Shown here: positions 1 to 9,179 of the stretch, one piece after another | Numbering within the stretch: the stretch's first letter is position 1 | Layout of the letters: each line of letters starts with the position of its first letter | Assembly: GCA_048268245.1 (NCBI GenBank) | Contig: JBLWVX010000013.1 | Span: 8,356 to 72,355, forward strand | Length of the DNA stretch: 64,000 nucleotides | From: Arcobacteraceae bacterium | GTDB lineage: Bacteria > Campylobacterota > Campylobacteria > Campylobacterales > Arcobacteraceae | Direction: 5' to 3' | Notes under the pieces: model-generated | Seen by the model: the letters and a program-made list of their open reading frames with translations, nothing else | Told to the model about the DNA's origin: nothing | Database searches by the model: none | Translations under genes and position numbers: made by a program

Positions 1-435
1 ATAAAACAACTAGCAAATTTAACATCAAGTTCAAAGCAAGCTATTTCAATAGCTCATGAAAATTATGTGGAAAAGTTTATTGATATACCTTTGCTTGAAT
101 ATAAATTTAAAAGATATAAGTATAAAAAAATCAGACTTTTTTTAAATGGCAATGAATACAGTGACGAATCAAAAGATAAATCAGTAAAAGCTAGGTTTGA
201 AATAAAAGTAGAAAAGGTAAGAAGTCTGTTACCAAGTATGTATGATGAATATAAATATAGATTTATAGATAATAATACAAAAGAAATTTTAGCAACAGCA
301 TATTATGTGAAGTTTTTACATAAAAAGAGTTTGAGGCATAAGCTTCTATATTGGAATGAAGAAAGAGATAGCGCTTTTCATCCTGATGATATACAAAATT
401 TTGATAAGGTATATAGAAAAGTATTTATTGAGTAG
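1..435 (+). CDS. Hypothetical protein, 5'-partial
   Basis: Frame is open from position 1 (IKQLANLTSSSKQAISIAHENYVEKF...), so the GTG at 67 is probably internal; no recognisable motif. Confidence 0.6.
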   Translation: MKQLANLTSSSKQAISIAHENYVEKFIDIPLLEYKFKRYKYKKIRLFLNGNEYSDESKDKSVKARFEIKVEKVRSLLPSMYDEYKYRFIDNNTKEILATAYYVKFLHKKSLRHKLLYWNEERDSAFHPDDIQNFDKVYRKVFIE

Positions 436-437
436 TA

Positions 438-761
438 TTAAAAAATACTACCCATTTCATCGTTTAAGTATTCGTCAATTTTTTCTTTAAAATCTTTAAA
501 GTCTTTTGAACCAAGTTTATTAAATATAACTATCTCTTCTCCAAAGTCATCATGAATAAAATGATCTTGTTTAATAACTTCTTTATATAGTTTTTGAATA
601 TCTTCATCACTCTCATTTTTGTTAAATAAAAACCAGTTTGCAGTTGAGTTTTCTATTCTGATTAGTCCATAAGTTTTTTTATCATCTACATAGTCTTGAA
701 TAGTTCCACCATCAAACTGTGCTCCTACAACTATATCATCTTCATTTAAAATCATTTCCAT
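438..761 (-). CDS. Hypothetical acidic protein (107 aa)
   Basis: Intact ORF with AAGG RBS and TATAAT upstream on the minus strand; no motif recognised. Confidence 0.7.
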   Translation of the reverse strand: MEMILNEDDIVVGAQFDGGTIQDYVDDKKTYGLIRIENSTANWFLFNKNESDEDIQKLYKEVIKQDHFIHDDFGEEIVIFNKLGSKDFKDFKEKIDEYLNDEMGSIF

Positions 762-883
762 TATTAAACCTTTGTTTTGAACTTAAAATGAATTATAATT
801 AAACTACTATTACTTAAGGCTTTAAGAGCCTTTATTTTATGAACTATTTGATACAATTGCTAAAATTTAAAAAAGGCTATAAA

Positions 884-1759
884 ATAAAAAAGTTTAAAAA
901 AGTTCATATAGAAATTACAAATATTTGTAATCTAAAGTGTACATTTTGCCCTCCAAAAATAAAGCCAAATGAGACTATGAGTTTAGAGCATTTTGAAGAT
1001 ATAAACTCACAACTTAAAGATTATACAAAACAGTTAGCTTATCATGTAGTAGGAGATCCTTTAGTTCTATCAAATTTAGGTAAATATTTAGATATTAGTT
1101 TAAAAAATGATTTAGAAGTAAATATTACTACAACTGCAAATAATTTAAATGAAAAACATTTTGATACTTTAATGCATAAAGCAATAAGACAGATTAATTT
1201 TTCAATTAATTCTTACAATGCAAATTCACATAAAAAGAGTTTAGATGAGTACTTAGACCCAATTATTAGTTTTATAAAATATGCACAAGATAAAAAACAT
1301 GAGTATTTTATAAATCTTAGAATTTGGAATTTAGATGAACAAAAAAGTGCAAAGCAGTTTAATCAAAAAGTATTTGAAAAAATAAATAAAAGTTTTAATA
1401 CAGATATATTACTTGATGAGGTATATAAAAATAAACCTAAAAATATAAGAATAGACAGAAAGCTATTTTTTAATTTTGATGAGTATTTTAACTGGCCTAG
1501 TTTAGAAAATAAGTTTGTATCAAATGAAGGTTTTTGTTATGGTTTAGATTCTCATTTTGGAATACTTTCATCAGGTGATGTAATACCATGTTGTTTAGAT
1601 CAAAATGCCTGTGTAAATCTTGGAAATACAAATGATACACAAATAAAAGATATATTAAACTCAAAAAGAGTAAAAGCTATTCAAAAAGGTTTTAAAGAAG
1701 GTAAGGTAATAGAAGAGCTTTGCCAAAAGTGTGAATATAGACTTAGGTTTGATAAGTAA
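884..1759 (+). CDS. Radical SAM/SPASM-domain protein
   Basis: CNLKCTFC (CxxxCxxC) motif and C-terminal SPASM cysteines (GFCYG..PCC..LCQKC). ORF track start is 839; the true start is probably near 884 (see findings). Confidence 0.85.
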   Translation: MKKFKKVHIEITNICNLKCTFCPPKIKPNETMSLEHFEDINSQLKDYTKQLAYHVVGDPLVLSNLGKYLDISLKNDLEVNITTTANNLNEKHFDTLMHKAIRQINFSINSYNANSHKKSLDEYLDPIISFIKYAQDKKHEYFINLRIWNLDEQKSAKQFNQKVFEKINKSFNTDILLDEVYKNKPKNIRIDRKLFFNFDEYFNWPSLENKFVSNEGFCYGLDSHFGILSSGDVIPCCLDQNACVNLGNTNDTQIKDILNSKRVKAIQKGFKEGKVIEELCQKCEYRLRFDK

Positions 1760-1798
1760 AACTAAGCTATAATCCTAAAAATTATTAAAAGGTTTGAT

Positions 1799-2641
1799 TT
1801 GACAGAAATAGATATATTATCTCGAAGTTTGAAAGATTTTTTAACATCAAAGATGTTAAGAATTGCATTAGTACCATTAATCGTTACTATGATACTAATA
1901 TATTCACTGTTTTTTGCAGCAGCTGACTTTGGTATAGCAGCGCTACAACAAGCAGCTGAAGCTTCTCAAAATGGACAAGAAGTTGTAGTTGATGAAAATG
2001 CACCATTTTATTTTGTATGGGCTACTTATTTAGTTGTGTTTTTATTTAAGTATTCATTTACTTCATGGATAGCAGGTTTTTTACTTTATACAATTGGTTC
2101 AATTATTGTATTACAAGCATCAGTTATTTTAACTTTAGTAGTTATAGGATTTTTAACTCCAATGATCTTAGGAATAGTGCATAAAAGACACTACAGTCAT
2201 ATAACTTTACATGGACATGGTTCTCTTTTATCTCCCTTGTGGGTTTTAATAAAAAGTTCATTTATGATGATCCTTTTATTTATACTTTTAATTCCTGTGT
2301 ATTTTATACCTGTATTAAATGTTATAGCTTTTGCATTGCCTTTATACTATTTCTTTCACAAGCTTTTAAATCATGATGTAGCTTCAACTCTTTTAAGTGA
2401 AGAAGAGTATGAAAAGATTTACAAAAAAGAAGCAAATGCTTTTAGAGGAAGAACACTATTTTTATACTTAGTATCTATGATACCTTTTATCACTCTTTTC
2501 ACAGCAGTATTTTATATAATTTATTTAGGTCATGCTTATTTGATAAAACTTGAAAAACTTTATGAGTTTGAAGTTCCAAAAACTTCTAATATAAATAGTG
2601 AAGAGAAGAAAGAAGAAGTAAAATTTTTAGAAGATAAGTAA
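1799..2641 (+). CDS. EI24/CysZ-like integral membrane protein
   Basis: Several hydrophobic helices, TP..HY motif, TTG start with AAAGG RBS. Confidence 0.7.
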   Translation: MTEIDILSRSLKDFLTSKMLRIALVPLIVTMILIYSLFFAAADFGIAALQQAAEASQNGQEVVVDENAPFYFVWATYLVVFLFKYSFTSWIAGFLLYTIGSIIVLQASVILTLVVIGFLTPMILGIVHKRHYSHITLHGHGSLLSPLWVLIKSSFMMILLFILLIPVYFIPVLNVIAFALPLYYFFHKLLNHDVASTLLSEEEYEKIYKKEANAFRGRTLFLYLVSMIPFITLFTAVFYIIYLGHAYLIKLEKLYEFEVPKTSNINSEEKKEEVKFLEDK

Positions 2642-2659
2642 GAGTTTCTTACTTATCTT
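2631..2659. terminator. Bidirectional intrinsic terminator
   Basis: 13-bp perfect inverted repeat AAGATAAGTAAGA-GTT-TCTTACTTATCTT followed by a T-run, between convergent genes. Confidence 0.8.
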
Positions 2660-2662
2660 TTT

Positions 2663-3820
2663 TTATGGTAATGTAGCCTGTGCAGCTTCTATTGCCTTTT
2701 TAGCATTTATCTTCCCATAAGCTCTTTTAGTGTCAAAATTTCCTGTTGTATAATCAGCATTACTTCCACCAATTTTATCTGTAGTTGAAATCAAAATATT
2801 TCTTACTTGGTCAAAAGTAAGATTTGGGTTTACAGATAATATCAATGCAACTAAACCACTTGTTGTAGGCGCTGCAAAACTTGTACCTGATGTTAAAGTA
2901 TAGTTATTTAAATTTTCATTTGTATATGAAAGTTGAGAGTTACTATTTCTACCTGCATTTCCACTTTGATCTAGTGATAAAATACCAAGTAAGCCATCAT
3001 TTAAACTTCCACCACCAGGTGCTATAACATCAATTGTTGAACCATAATTTGAGTATGAAGTAACATCATTTAGAACACTTGAAGCTCCAACTCCAATAAC
3101 TGAGTTAATTTCAGATAAGTCTTCATTTCCTACTTGGTCAAGGTCTACAGCATCATTGCCAGATGCGAATACAACTATGATTCCATCATCTTTAAGTTGT
3201 TCGATCCTATCTGAAATGGCTTGTGGAATATTTCCTAGCCCCCAACTACAATTTATAACTTTTGCTCCATTGTCTTTTGCATAATTAAAGGCTTTTAAAA
3301 TATCAACTTCATTAAGATTATTGTCTTCAAAGTCTAAGTTTATTAAAATAAGTTCTGTATTTGGTGCAACACCAACTTCATCTCCTGCAATAATACCTGC
3401 AACTGCAAGACCATGATAAAATGTATCACCATCTGAGTCTGCAATGTTTGAAGTGTCATCCATTGCATTATAAGCTTTATATATTTTATTTTTTATATTA
3501 GGGTGATTTACTTCAAAATCTTCATCAATTACTGCTACTTTTATAGCTTCACCATTTGTTTGCTTACCTTTTGTAACTGCCCAAGCTTCTTCTAAACTTA
3601 TATGTGCAGAAGGGTCAATACTATTACTTGTTTTGTATGTTGAATTAATATTTTTATTTATATGCCAAGCAAATTGAAACATATTGTCATCAATAACAGA
3701 ATTTACAACATTTTGAATAGAAGTTGAGGAAGTACTTCCTCCACCTCCTCCACCACAAGCTGTAAAACTAAGGGCTATAGTAAGTGCAATGCTATATTTT
3801 TTAATATTATTTAATTTCAT
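2663..3820 (-). CDS. S8 (subtilisin-family) serine peptidase, lipoprotein
   Basis: Lipobox FTAC followed by a Gly/Ser linker; catalytic Asp (VAVIDE), His (HGLAVAG), oxyanion Asn (ASGN) and Ser (GTSFAAP). Confidence 0.9.
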   Translation of the reverse strand: MKLNNIKKYSIALTIALSFTACGGGGGGSTSSTSIQNVVNSVIDDNMFQFAWHINKNINSTYKTSNSIDPSAHISLEEAWAVTKGKQTNGEAIKVAVIDEDFEVNHPNIKNKIYKAYNAMDDTSNIADSDGDTFYHGLAVAGIIAGDEVGVAPNTELILINLDFEDNNLNEVDILKAFNYAKDNGAKVINCSWGLGNIPQAISDRIEQLKDDGIIVVFASGNDAVDLDQVGNEDLSEINSVIGVGASSVLNDVTSYSNYGSTIDVIAPGGGSLNDGLLGILSLDQSGNAGRNSNSQLSYTNENLNNYTLTSGTSFAAPTTSGLVALILSVNPNLTFDQVRNILISTTDKIGGSNADYTTGNFDTKRAYGKINAKKAIEAAQATLP

Positions 3821-4233
3821 CTTTTCTGTATCTTTAATAGTTTATTTGGTGTAGCACTTTTAATATCTTCTTTATTATGTAATTCTTGTGCTAATGTAAA
3901 AATATTTTGTGACTCTTCTACTTTTATAAGAAAGAATCTTTTACTTATTTCTTTATAGTTAGTGATATTTAAATCACTAAAATCATCTTGGCAATATGCT
4001 TCTTTATGACATTGAACTATTAGTTCATTTTTAAACTTTACTGTTTTACCATTTACTGTTTGATATGTATGTATTTTTTCTGTATTGTTTTCATCTTGCG
4101 AGTTAAGATTATAAGTCTTTGACTCCAATGGTTTTATAAGTTCTACTTTTTTATCAAACTCATAATAAAAATCATTTGCAAGTAAAAAACTGCTAAAAGA
4201 AAAAAGAGTAGTTATAAATAAAGCTTTTTTCAT
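3817..4233 (-). CDS. Secreted protein resembling a stand-alone subtilase prodomain/chaperone
   Basis: Signal peptide; ELIVQ...LAQELH..EDIKSATPN resembles S8 propeptide pattern; ATGA overlap with the peptidase. Confidence 0.55.
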   Translation of the reverse strand: MKKALFITTLFSFSSFLLANDFYYEFDKKVELIKPLESKTYNLNSQDENNTEKIHTYQTVNGKTVKFKNELIVQCHKEAYCQDDFSDLNITNYKEISKRFFLIKVEESQNIFTLAQELHNKEDIKSATPNKLLKIQKR

Positions 4234-4929
4234 TTATTCTTCTCCTAGAATAAGTCTATAACCAGTACCTTGGACATTTTTTAGGCATTTTTCTGGTAGT
4301 TTTTTTCTAAAGTTTTTGATAAATAATCTCATGGCATTTTGTGTCATAACTGAGTCTTCATCCCAGATTTGGTTTTCCATTTCTTCGTATGTAATAATTC
4401 TATTTTTTGTGATTAGAAGTTTTAAGAATATATTCTCTTTTTTTGTTAGATTATGAGTTTCTTCTTTGTTTGAAATGATAGATTTACTATAGTCAAAATA
4501 CCATTCTTTGTTTAAAGTATAAATTTTATTATCATCATGTGTTTTTACAAAAGCTTCTAGTGCATCCATTAGCTTTTCTTGTGTTATTGGTTTGATTATA
4601 TATTTTACTAGGTGCAACTCTGCTGCTTTTAGCATATACTCTAGGTCTGTATGTGCTGATGTGATGATGATTCTAGTTTTTGAATCTGATTCTCTGATTC
4701 TTTTTATTAAATCGATTCCAGTTTCACCAGGAGGCATTCTAATGTCTGTGATGATTAAATCAGGTTTATTTTGAACATATTTTATATATCCATCACTTAC
4801 ATTTTTTGCAGTTATTGTTTCTTTAAATAAGTGTTCTAATATCTCTTTGATATTATTTCTAATGCCATCTTCATCTTCTATATAAAGTACGGAAAAAGCA
4901 TTTAACTTACTAACTATATTATCTTGCAT
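4234..4929 (-). CDS. OmpR-family response regulator
   Basis: Receiver motifs IEDE, TDIRMP, SAH, KP; winged-helix tail NVQGTGY. Confidence 0.9.
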   Translation of the reverse strand: MQDNIVSKLNAFSVLYIEDEDGIRNNIKEILEHLFKETITAKNVSDGYIKYVQNKPDLIITDIRMPPGETGIDLIKRIRESDSKTRIIITSAHTDLEYMLKAAELHLVKYIIKPITQEKLMDALEAFVKTHDDNKIYTLNKEWYFDYSKSIISNKEETHNLTKKENIFLKLLITKNRIITYEEMENQIWDEDSVMTQNAMRLFIKNFRKKLPEKCLKNVQGTGYRLILGEE

Positions 4930-4996
4930 TACGATAAAATCCTTATTAGAAATATTATGTTATCATATCATATTAAAGGTTACAGGACAAGAAAAA

Positions 4997-6553
4997 TTGA
5001 ATTTAATAACTGAGAATAATCTATCAAAAATAACCATATACATATTTATAATAATAATGTCATCCATGATATTTATGATTTCATATTTTTATGTAAAAAA
5101 TACATATGATGATTTTGAAAAACAAATGGAAAATTTTGTTCAAGACTATTATGAAGATCAAAAAAGAATACTTAAAAAAGAGATTGATACTGTTATTGAT
5201 GTTTTAAACTATAATCTTACTAAAGTTGATACTGATGAAGAAGAAATAAAAAAAGATGCAATAAGACTTCTAAATAATATTTCTTTTCAGGAAAATAAAA
5301 GTAACTATTATTTTGTATATGATATTTTGAATATGAATGGTGGTGATAGTTTTGCTAGACTTGTTGTAAATCCAAATAGACCTGATTTATTAGGAAAAGT
5401 AATTTCAACAAATTTCAAAGATGCAAATGGAAAAAAATTTAGAGAAGAGTTTCTACGCAATATAAAAATAAACGGTGAAGCTTATACTCAATATGCTTAT
5501 AAAAAACCAAATACAAATCATGAAATCAGACAAAAACTTTCATATTTCAAATATTATGAAAATTGGAATTGGGTAATTGCAGTTGGTGTTTATATAGATG
5601 ATATAGAAAAAGAAATAACAAAGAAAAGAGAAGATTTAGAAGAAACTGTACGAAATCAAGTAGGGCAAAATATAGTTTTATTTGTAATGTTTTTATCTAT
5701 TGCTATTTTAATCTCTATTGCTGTATCTCAAAAGATTGATGAAGTTTTAAAAAATTATCAAAATAAAGTAAAAACAAAAGCCCAAGAACTAGAAGAGTTA
5801 AATCAAAACTTAGAAAATAAAGTATTTTATGAAGTAGAAAAAAATAGAGAAAAAGAACAACTTTTAATTCAAAAATCAAAGTTTATTGCACTTGGTGAAA
5901 TGATCTCAAATATTGCTCATCAATGGAGACAACCTTTATCCGAACTCTCTTCAATTTTGATGTATATTAAATTTAAACATAGTATTGGTGCTTTAGATGA
6001 TGAAACAATGAATAAAAAATCCAAAGAAGCTGATACTGTTTTGGAGTTTATGTCTCATACTATTGATGATTTTAGAAATTTCTTTATGCCTAAAAAAGAA
6101 AAAGAAGAGTTTTATTTAATAAAAATGGTTGAATCAGTTATGACTATTGTTTCTAGTGCTTTAAAAAACAATAATATAACTGTAACTATCGATGTGGATG
6201 AAAACATAAAATTATATACTTATCAAAATGAGTATGAACAAGTAGTTTTAAATATCTTGAAAAATGCAAAAGATGTATTGATTGAAAAAAATGTAGAAAA
6301 CCCAAAGATTTTTATTTGGGCAAAAGAACATGAGTATGATGTGACTTTATATATTGAAGATAATGGTGGAGGAATAACTGTTGAGCCAAAATCAAAGATA
6401 TTTGAACCATATTTTACAACAAGAGATGATAATGATGGTACAGGAATAGGGCTTTATATGTCAAAAACAATTGTAGATAAAAATATGAAAGGTAAACTTT
6501 CTGTAAAAAATATAAATGATGGAGCAAGATTTACTATAGAAGTACCAAAGTAA
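4997..6553 (+). CDS. Cache-domain sensor histidine kinase
   Basis: TM-Cache (YYFVYD, DANGK, WNWVIAVGVY)-TM; H-box IAHQWRQPL; N box NAKD; DNGGG; GTGIGL. Confidence 0.9.
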   Translation: MNLITENNLSKITIYIFIIIMSSMIFMISYFYVKNTYDDFEKQMENFVQDYYEDQKRILKKEIDTVIDVLNYNLTKVDTDEEEIKKDAIRLLNNISFQENKSNYYFVYDILNMNGGDSFARLVVNPNRPDLLGKVISTNFKDANGKKFREEFLRNIKINGEAYTQYAYKKPNTNHEIRQKLSYFKYYENWNWVIAVGVYIDDIEKEITKKREDLEETVRNQVGQNIVLFVMFLSIAILISIAVSQKIDEVLKNYQNKVKTKAQELEELNQNLENKVFYEVEKNREKEQLLIQKSKFIALGEMISNIAHQWRQPLSELSSILMYIKFKHSIGALDDETMNKKSKEADTVLEFMSHTIDDFRNFFMPKKEKEEFYLIKMVESVMTIVSSALKNNNITVTIDVDENIKLYTYQNEYEQVVLNILKNAKDVLIEKNVENPKIFIWAKEHEYDVTLYIEDNGGGITVEPKSKIFEPYFTTRDDNDGTGIGLYMSKTIVDKNMKGKLSVKNINDGARFTIEVPK

Positions 6554-6568
6554 AAACTATTTTATACA

Positions 6569-6811
6569 CTAGAAGTATAAAATAGCTGCAATTATCATAA
6601 ATCCTACACCTATTACGATAAGTTGCATAGACTTTTCTTTTTTCAAAATAGCTTCGTCTACTTCAAATATAGCCACTGATTTTAAAGCACCTTTTTCTTC
6701 AAACTTCAAAAATTTATAACCTTTTTTTAAAAGTTTGTCTTTTGTTTTTTCAAGCTCTTTTTCTCTTTGTTCTTTAGTGAAACCACCAATTACAATATTT
6801 TTTATTGCCAT
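6569..6811 (-). CDS. Small protein with C-terminal membrane anchor
   Basis: 80-aa ORF, GAGG RBS, hydrophobic C-terminus. Confidence 0.7.
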   Translation of the reverse strand: MAIKNIVIGGFTKEQREKELEKTKDKLLKKGYKFLKFEEKGALKSVAIFEVDEAILKKEKSMQLIVIGVGFMIIAAILYF

Positions 6812-6923
6812 AGATACCTCTTATAAAAAATTGAAAGAATTATATCAATATAGAATTAATACAAAGTTTCACAATAGCAATTTGCTACAAGAAATAGATT
6901 TCTTATTTTGATATGATATCATT

Positions 6924-7228
6924 ATGAAAAAGCAAGAAGAAATAATTTATGATGCAAAATTTTGGAAACCAAAAATAAATGAAGATATAGTTTTACATAA
7001 GGCTCATTTTAATAACTATGGTTTTGATAAACATGTAGATGAAGACTATACTATTGGTCTTATTTATGAGGGACAAATGGATGCTTTTGTAGATGGGCAG
7101 AAAAAAAAGCTAAAGCACCTATTATTTTAAGTGAACAGGATAAGATGACATATAGAGCTAAAGAGTTTATGAATTATAACTTACATCTTGATTTATCACT
7201 TGATGATATTTCAAATGAACTTGATATA
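6924..7228 (+). pseudogene. AraC-family regulator remnant
   Basis: Cupin start (FDKHVDEDYTIGLIYEG) ends at 7130; HTH piece RAKEFMNYNLHLDLSLDDISNELDI lies in another frame (from about 7112); middle and C-terminus are deleted. Confidence 0.7.
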
Positions 7229-7480
7229 CTAGATATGATTACAGCTGCTTTACTTATAAATCTTAGATATTTTTTAGTTGGGCTTCCTTGAATCTACCTT
7301 TTTAACAAAGTAGTAAAAAAGAGAAGTTCAAATATATGTATTTTGAAACTGATGAGTCTTGGAATATAACAATGCTAAGATTAAAAAGTGAAGATATAAC
7401 TCCATGGATAATCACAGTAGTTGCAAGTTTATATATAGATGGAAATCTTTATATAGGAACTTTTTTATTTAAAGAAAGGA
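7229..7480 (+). pseudogene. AzlC-family amino-acid exporter remnant
   Basis: AALLINLRYFLVG followed, after a stop and frame change, by TDESW; both are AzlC signature segments; no start codon. Confidence 0.65.
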
Positions 7481-7597
7481 TTATTTTTTATCCTCATCTT
7501 TATATTTGTCTTCCATTTTTTTAGTTAAAAATGCAAGCATTAACACAACAAGTGTAACAATACTAAATCCAATTATTTCAGAAATAAAATCACTCAT
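7481..7597 (-). CDS. Small single-TM protein (38 aa), not in ORF track
   Basis: MSDFISEIIGFSIVTLVVLMLAFLTKKMEDKYKDEDKK*; ATG overlaps the upstream stop (TAATG). Confidence 0.65.
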   Translation of the reverse strand: MSDFISEIIGFSIVTLVVLMLAFLTKKMEDKYKDEDKK

Positions 7598-7788
7598 TAG
7601 AAAGGTATAACCGTATCTACTACATCACCAGTTGCTGAAATAGTATCCCCTACAATATCTGGTGTTACTACATTTACAGCAGCACCTACTACTTTAAAAG
7701 GAACTGCTGCAACAGTTCCTACTATACATCCTTGAAAACTTAATATTATAAATAGAAGAAATGTAGTTTTAAAAAAAAGAGTTGTCAT
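7597..7788 (-). CDS. Small lipoprotein
   Basis: Lipobox FQGC followed by amphipathic PFKVVGAAV..VDTVIP. Confidence 0.75.
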   Translation of the reverse strand: MTTLFFKTTFLLFIILSFQGCIVGTVAAVPFKVVGAAVNVVTPDIVGDTISATGDVVDTVIPF

Positions 7789-7828
7789 ATATACTTCTAA
7801 TCCTTAGTGAGATTTTTTGAAAGTATAT

Positions 7829-8479
7829 CTAATTTTTTTTAATTTTTTTAATATATCTATAAACAGATGGTTCTGACATTTGCAGTTTATCTGCTACTTC
7901 TTGAACGGCACCTCTTATATTAAAGATACCACAATCATTTAAAGCTTGAATAATTTCTGTTTTTTCTTTTGTGTTCATTCTTTTTGGAAGTACATCAAAT
8001 TGATTTATTATTGCATCTATTTTACTTAATGTTGTTTCGTGAGGGTTTGTATTTAGATTTTCTTTTATATTATTAAGTGATAAAATCTTATCATCCACAT
8101 AGTTTGGAAGTAATGATGTGATAAATGATAAAGATTTTTTAACTTCATGATAATCAGAGTTTAAACATAAAGCACCAACTATTTCATTTTTATCATTTCT
8201 AATAAAATAAGTAGAAGAGTATAAAAGTCTTCCTTCAATTGTCTTAGAATTGTAGTTACATATAAACTGTTTATTTCCTTTTGATTCAGTAGCAATAAAG
8301 TCTAAAACTAAATCAGTGATAGGATCACCTATTTTTCTATTGCTAATATGTCCGTTGATAATATGAACAATAGAGTTATCATAATTTGTTAAGTCGTGAA
8401 TTATGATTTCTGTGTTTTCACCTAGAACTTCACCTAAGAAATCTGCAATAGGAATGTATTTTTTTATATAGGGGTTCAA
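7829..8479 (-). CDS. YheO-like PAS + HTH transcriptional regulator
   Basis: EIIIHDL, NGHISNRKIGDP, SSTYFI, LCLN, GIFNIRGAV..VA..L.MSEPSVYRY; TTG at 8479 preceded by AAGGA (track start 8695 is over-extended). Confidence 0.85.
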   Translation of the reverse strand: MNPYIKKYIPIADFLGEVLGENTEIIIHDLTNYDNSIVHIINGHISNRKIGDPITDLVLDFIATESKGNKQFICNYNSKTIEGRLLYSSTYFIRNDKNEIVGALCLNSDYHEVKKSLSFITSLLPNYVDDKILSLNNIKENLNTNPHETTLSKIDAIINQFDVLPKRMNTKEKTEIIQALNDCGIFNIRGAVQEVADKLQMSEPSVYRYIKKIKKN

Positions 8480-8540
8480 GTCCTTACCTTTTATGTAAAT
8501 TGATTTTAGATTATAAGAAATATATAAAAAAATGTCAATA

Positions 8541-8764
8541 TGATAATAAATTGTTATCAACTTAATAAAAAAGTATAGAATAGTTGGGTTTAAAATTATT
8601 AATAGCTTTAAAATAATAGTGCTTGGGTAAAAAATATCACTTTTTTGAAATAAAACTGTAATAACTGTATAAAAAATGCAATAAAAATTTATCAATTTAT
8701 GATAAAAACTATTTACAATGATAAAAATTTATTATATACTGATTCCAATGAAAATAAATTATCA
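8541..8764. promoter_or_regulatory. Cluster of TGATAA-N4-TTATCA-like operators in the divergent promoter
   Basis: Imperfect 16-bp copies at 8544, 8624, 8679, 8700, 8719 and 8749. Confidence 0.55.
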
Positions 8765-8778
8765 TAAAAGGAATGTAA

Positions 8779-9153
8779 ATGAAAGCAATAAATTCAACAA
8801 AAGCACCAAGTGCAATAGGACCTTACTCACAAGCAGTAGATAAAGATGGTTTTATCTTTGTATCTGGTCAATTACCTATTGATGAAAATACAGGAGAGTT
8901 TGCAGGTCAAACTATAAAAGAGCAAGCAAAACAATCTTTAGAAAACATCAAGTTTATTTTAGAGGAAGCTGGTTTAGAAATGAAAGACATTACAAAAACA
9001 ACTATTTTATTAAAAGATTTAGAAGATTTTGTAGTAGTAAATGAAATCTATGGAAGTTATTTCTCTGAGCCTTTCCCTGCAAGAGCTACATATGAAGTAT
9101 CAAGACTTCCAAAAGATGCACTAATAGAAATAGAAGCAATAGCAAAAAGATAG
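8779..9153 (+). CDS. ridA: RidA-family reactive imine deaminase
   Basis: [29 protein letters not shown]. Confidence 0.9.
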   Translation: MKAINSTKAPSAIGPYSQAVDKDGFIFVSGQLPIDENTGEFAGQTIKEQAKQSLENIKFILEEAGLEMKDITKTTILLKDLEDFVVVNEIYGSYFSEPFPARATYEVSRLPKDALIEIEAIAKR

Positions 9154-9179
9154 TATCAAATTTTACATGGAGAGCTAAA

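Noticed and set aside
3738..3756. Gly6 run in the subtilase as a phase-variable tract
   Set aside because: Encoded by mixed GGT/GGA codons, not a homopolymer; typical lipoprotein linker
8480..8695. 72-aa N-terminal extension of the YheO-like regulator
   Set aside because: Runs through the divergent promoter region; a TTG with AAGGA RBS at 8479 gives the normal domain start
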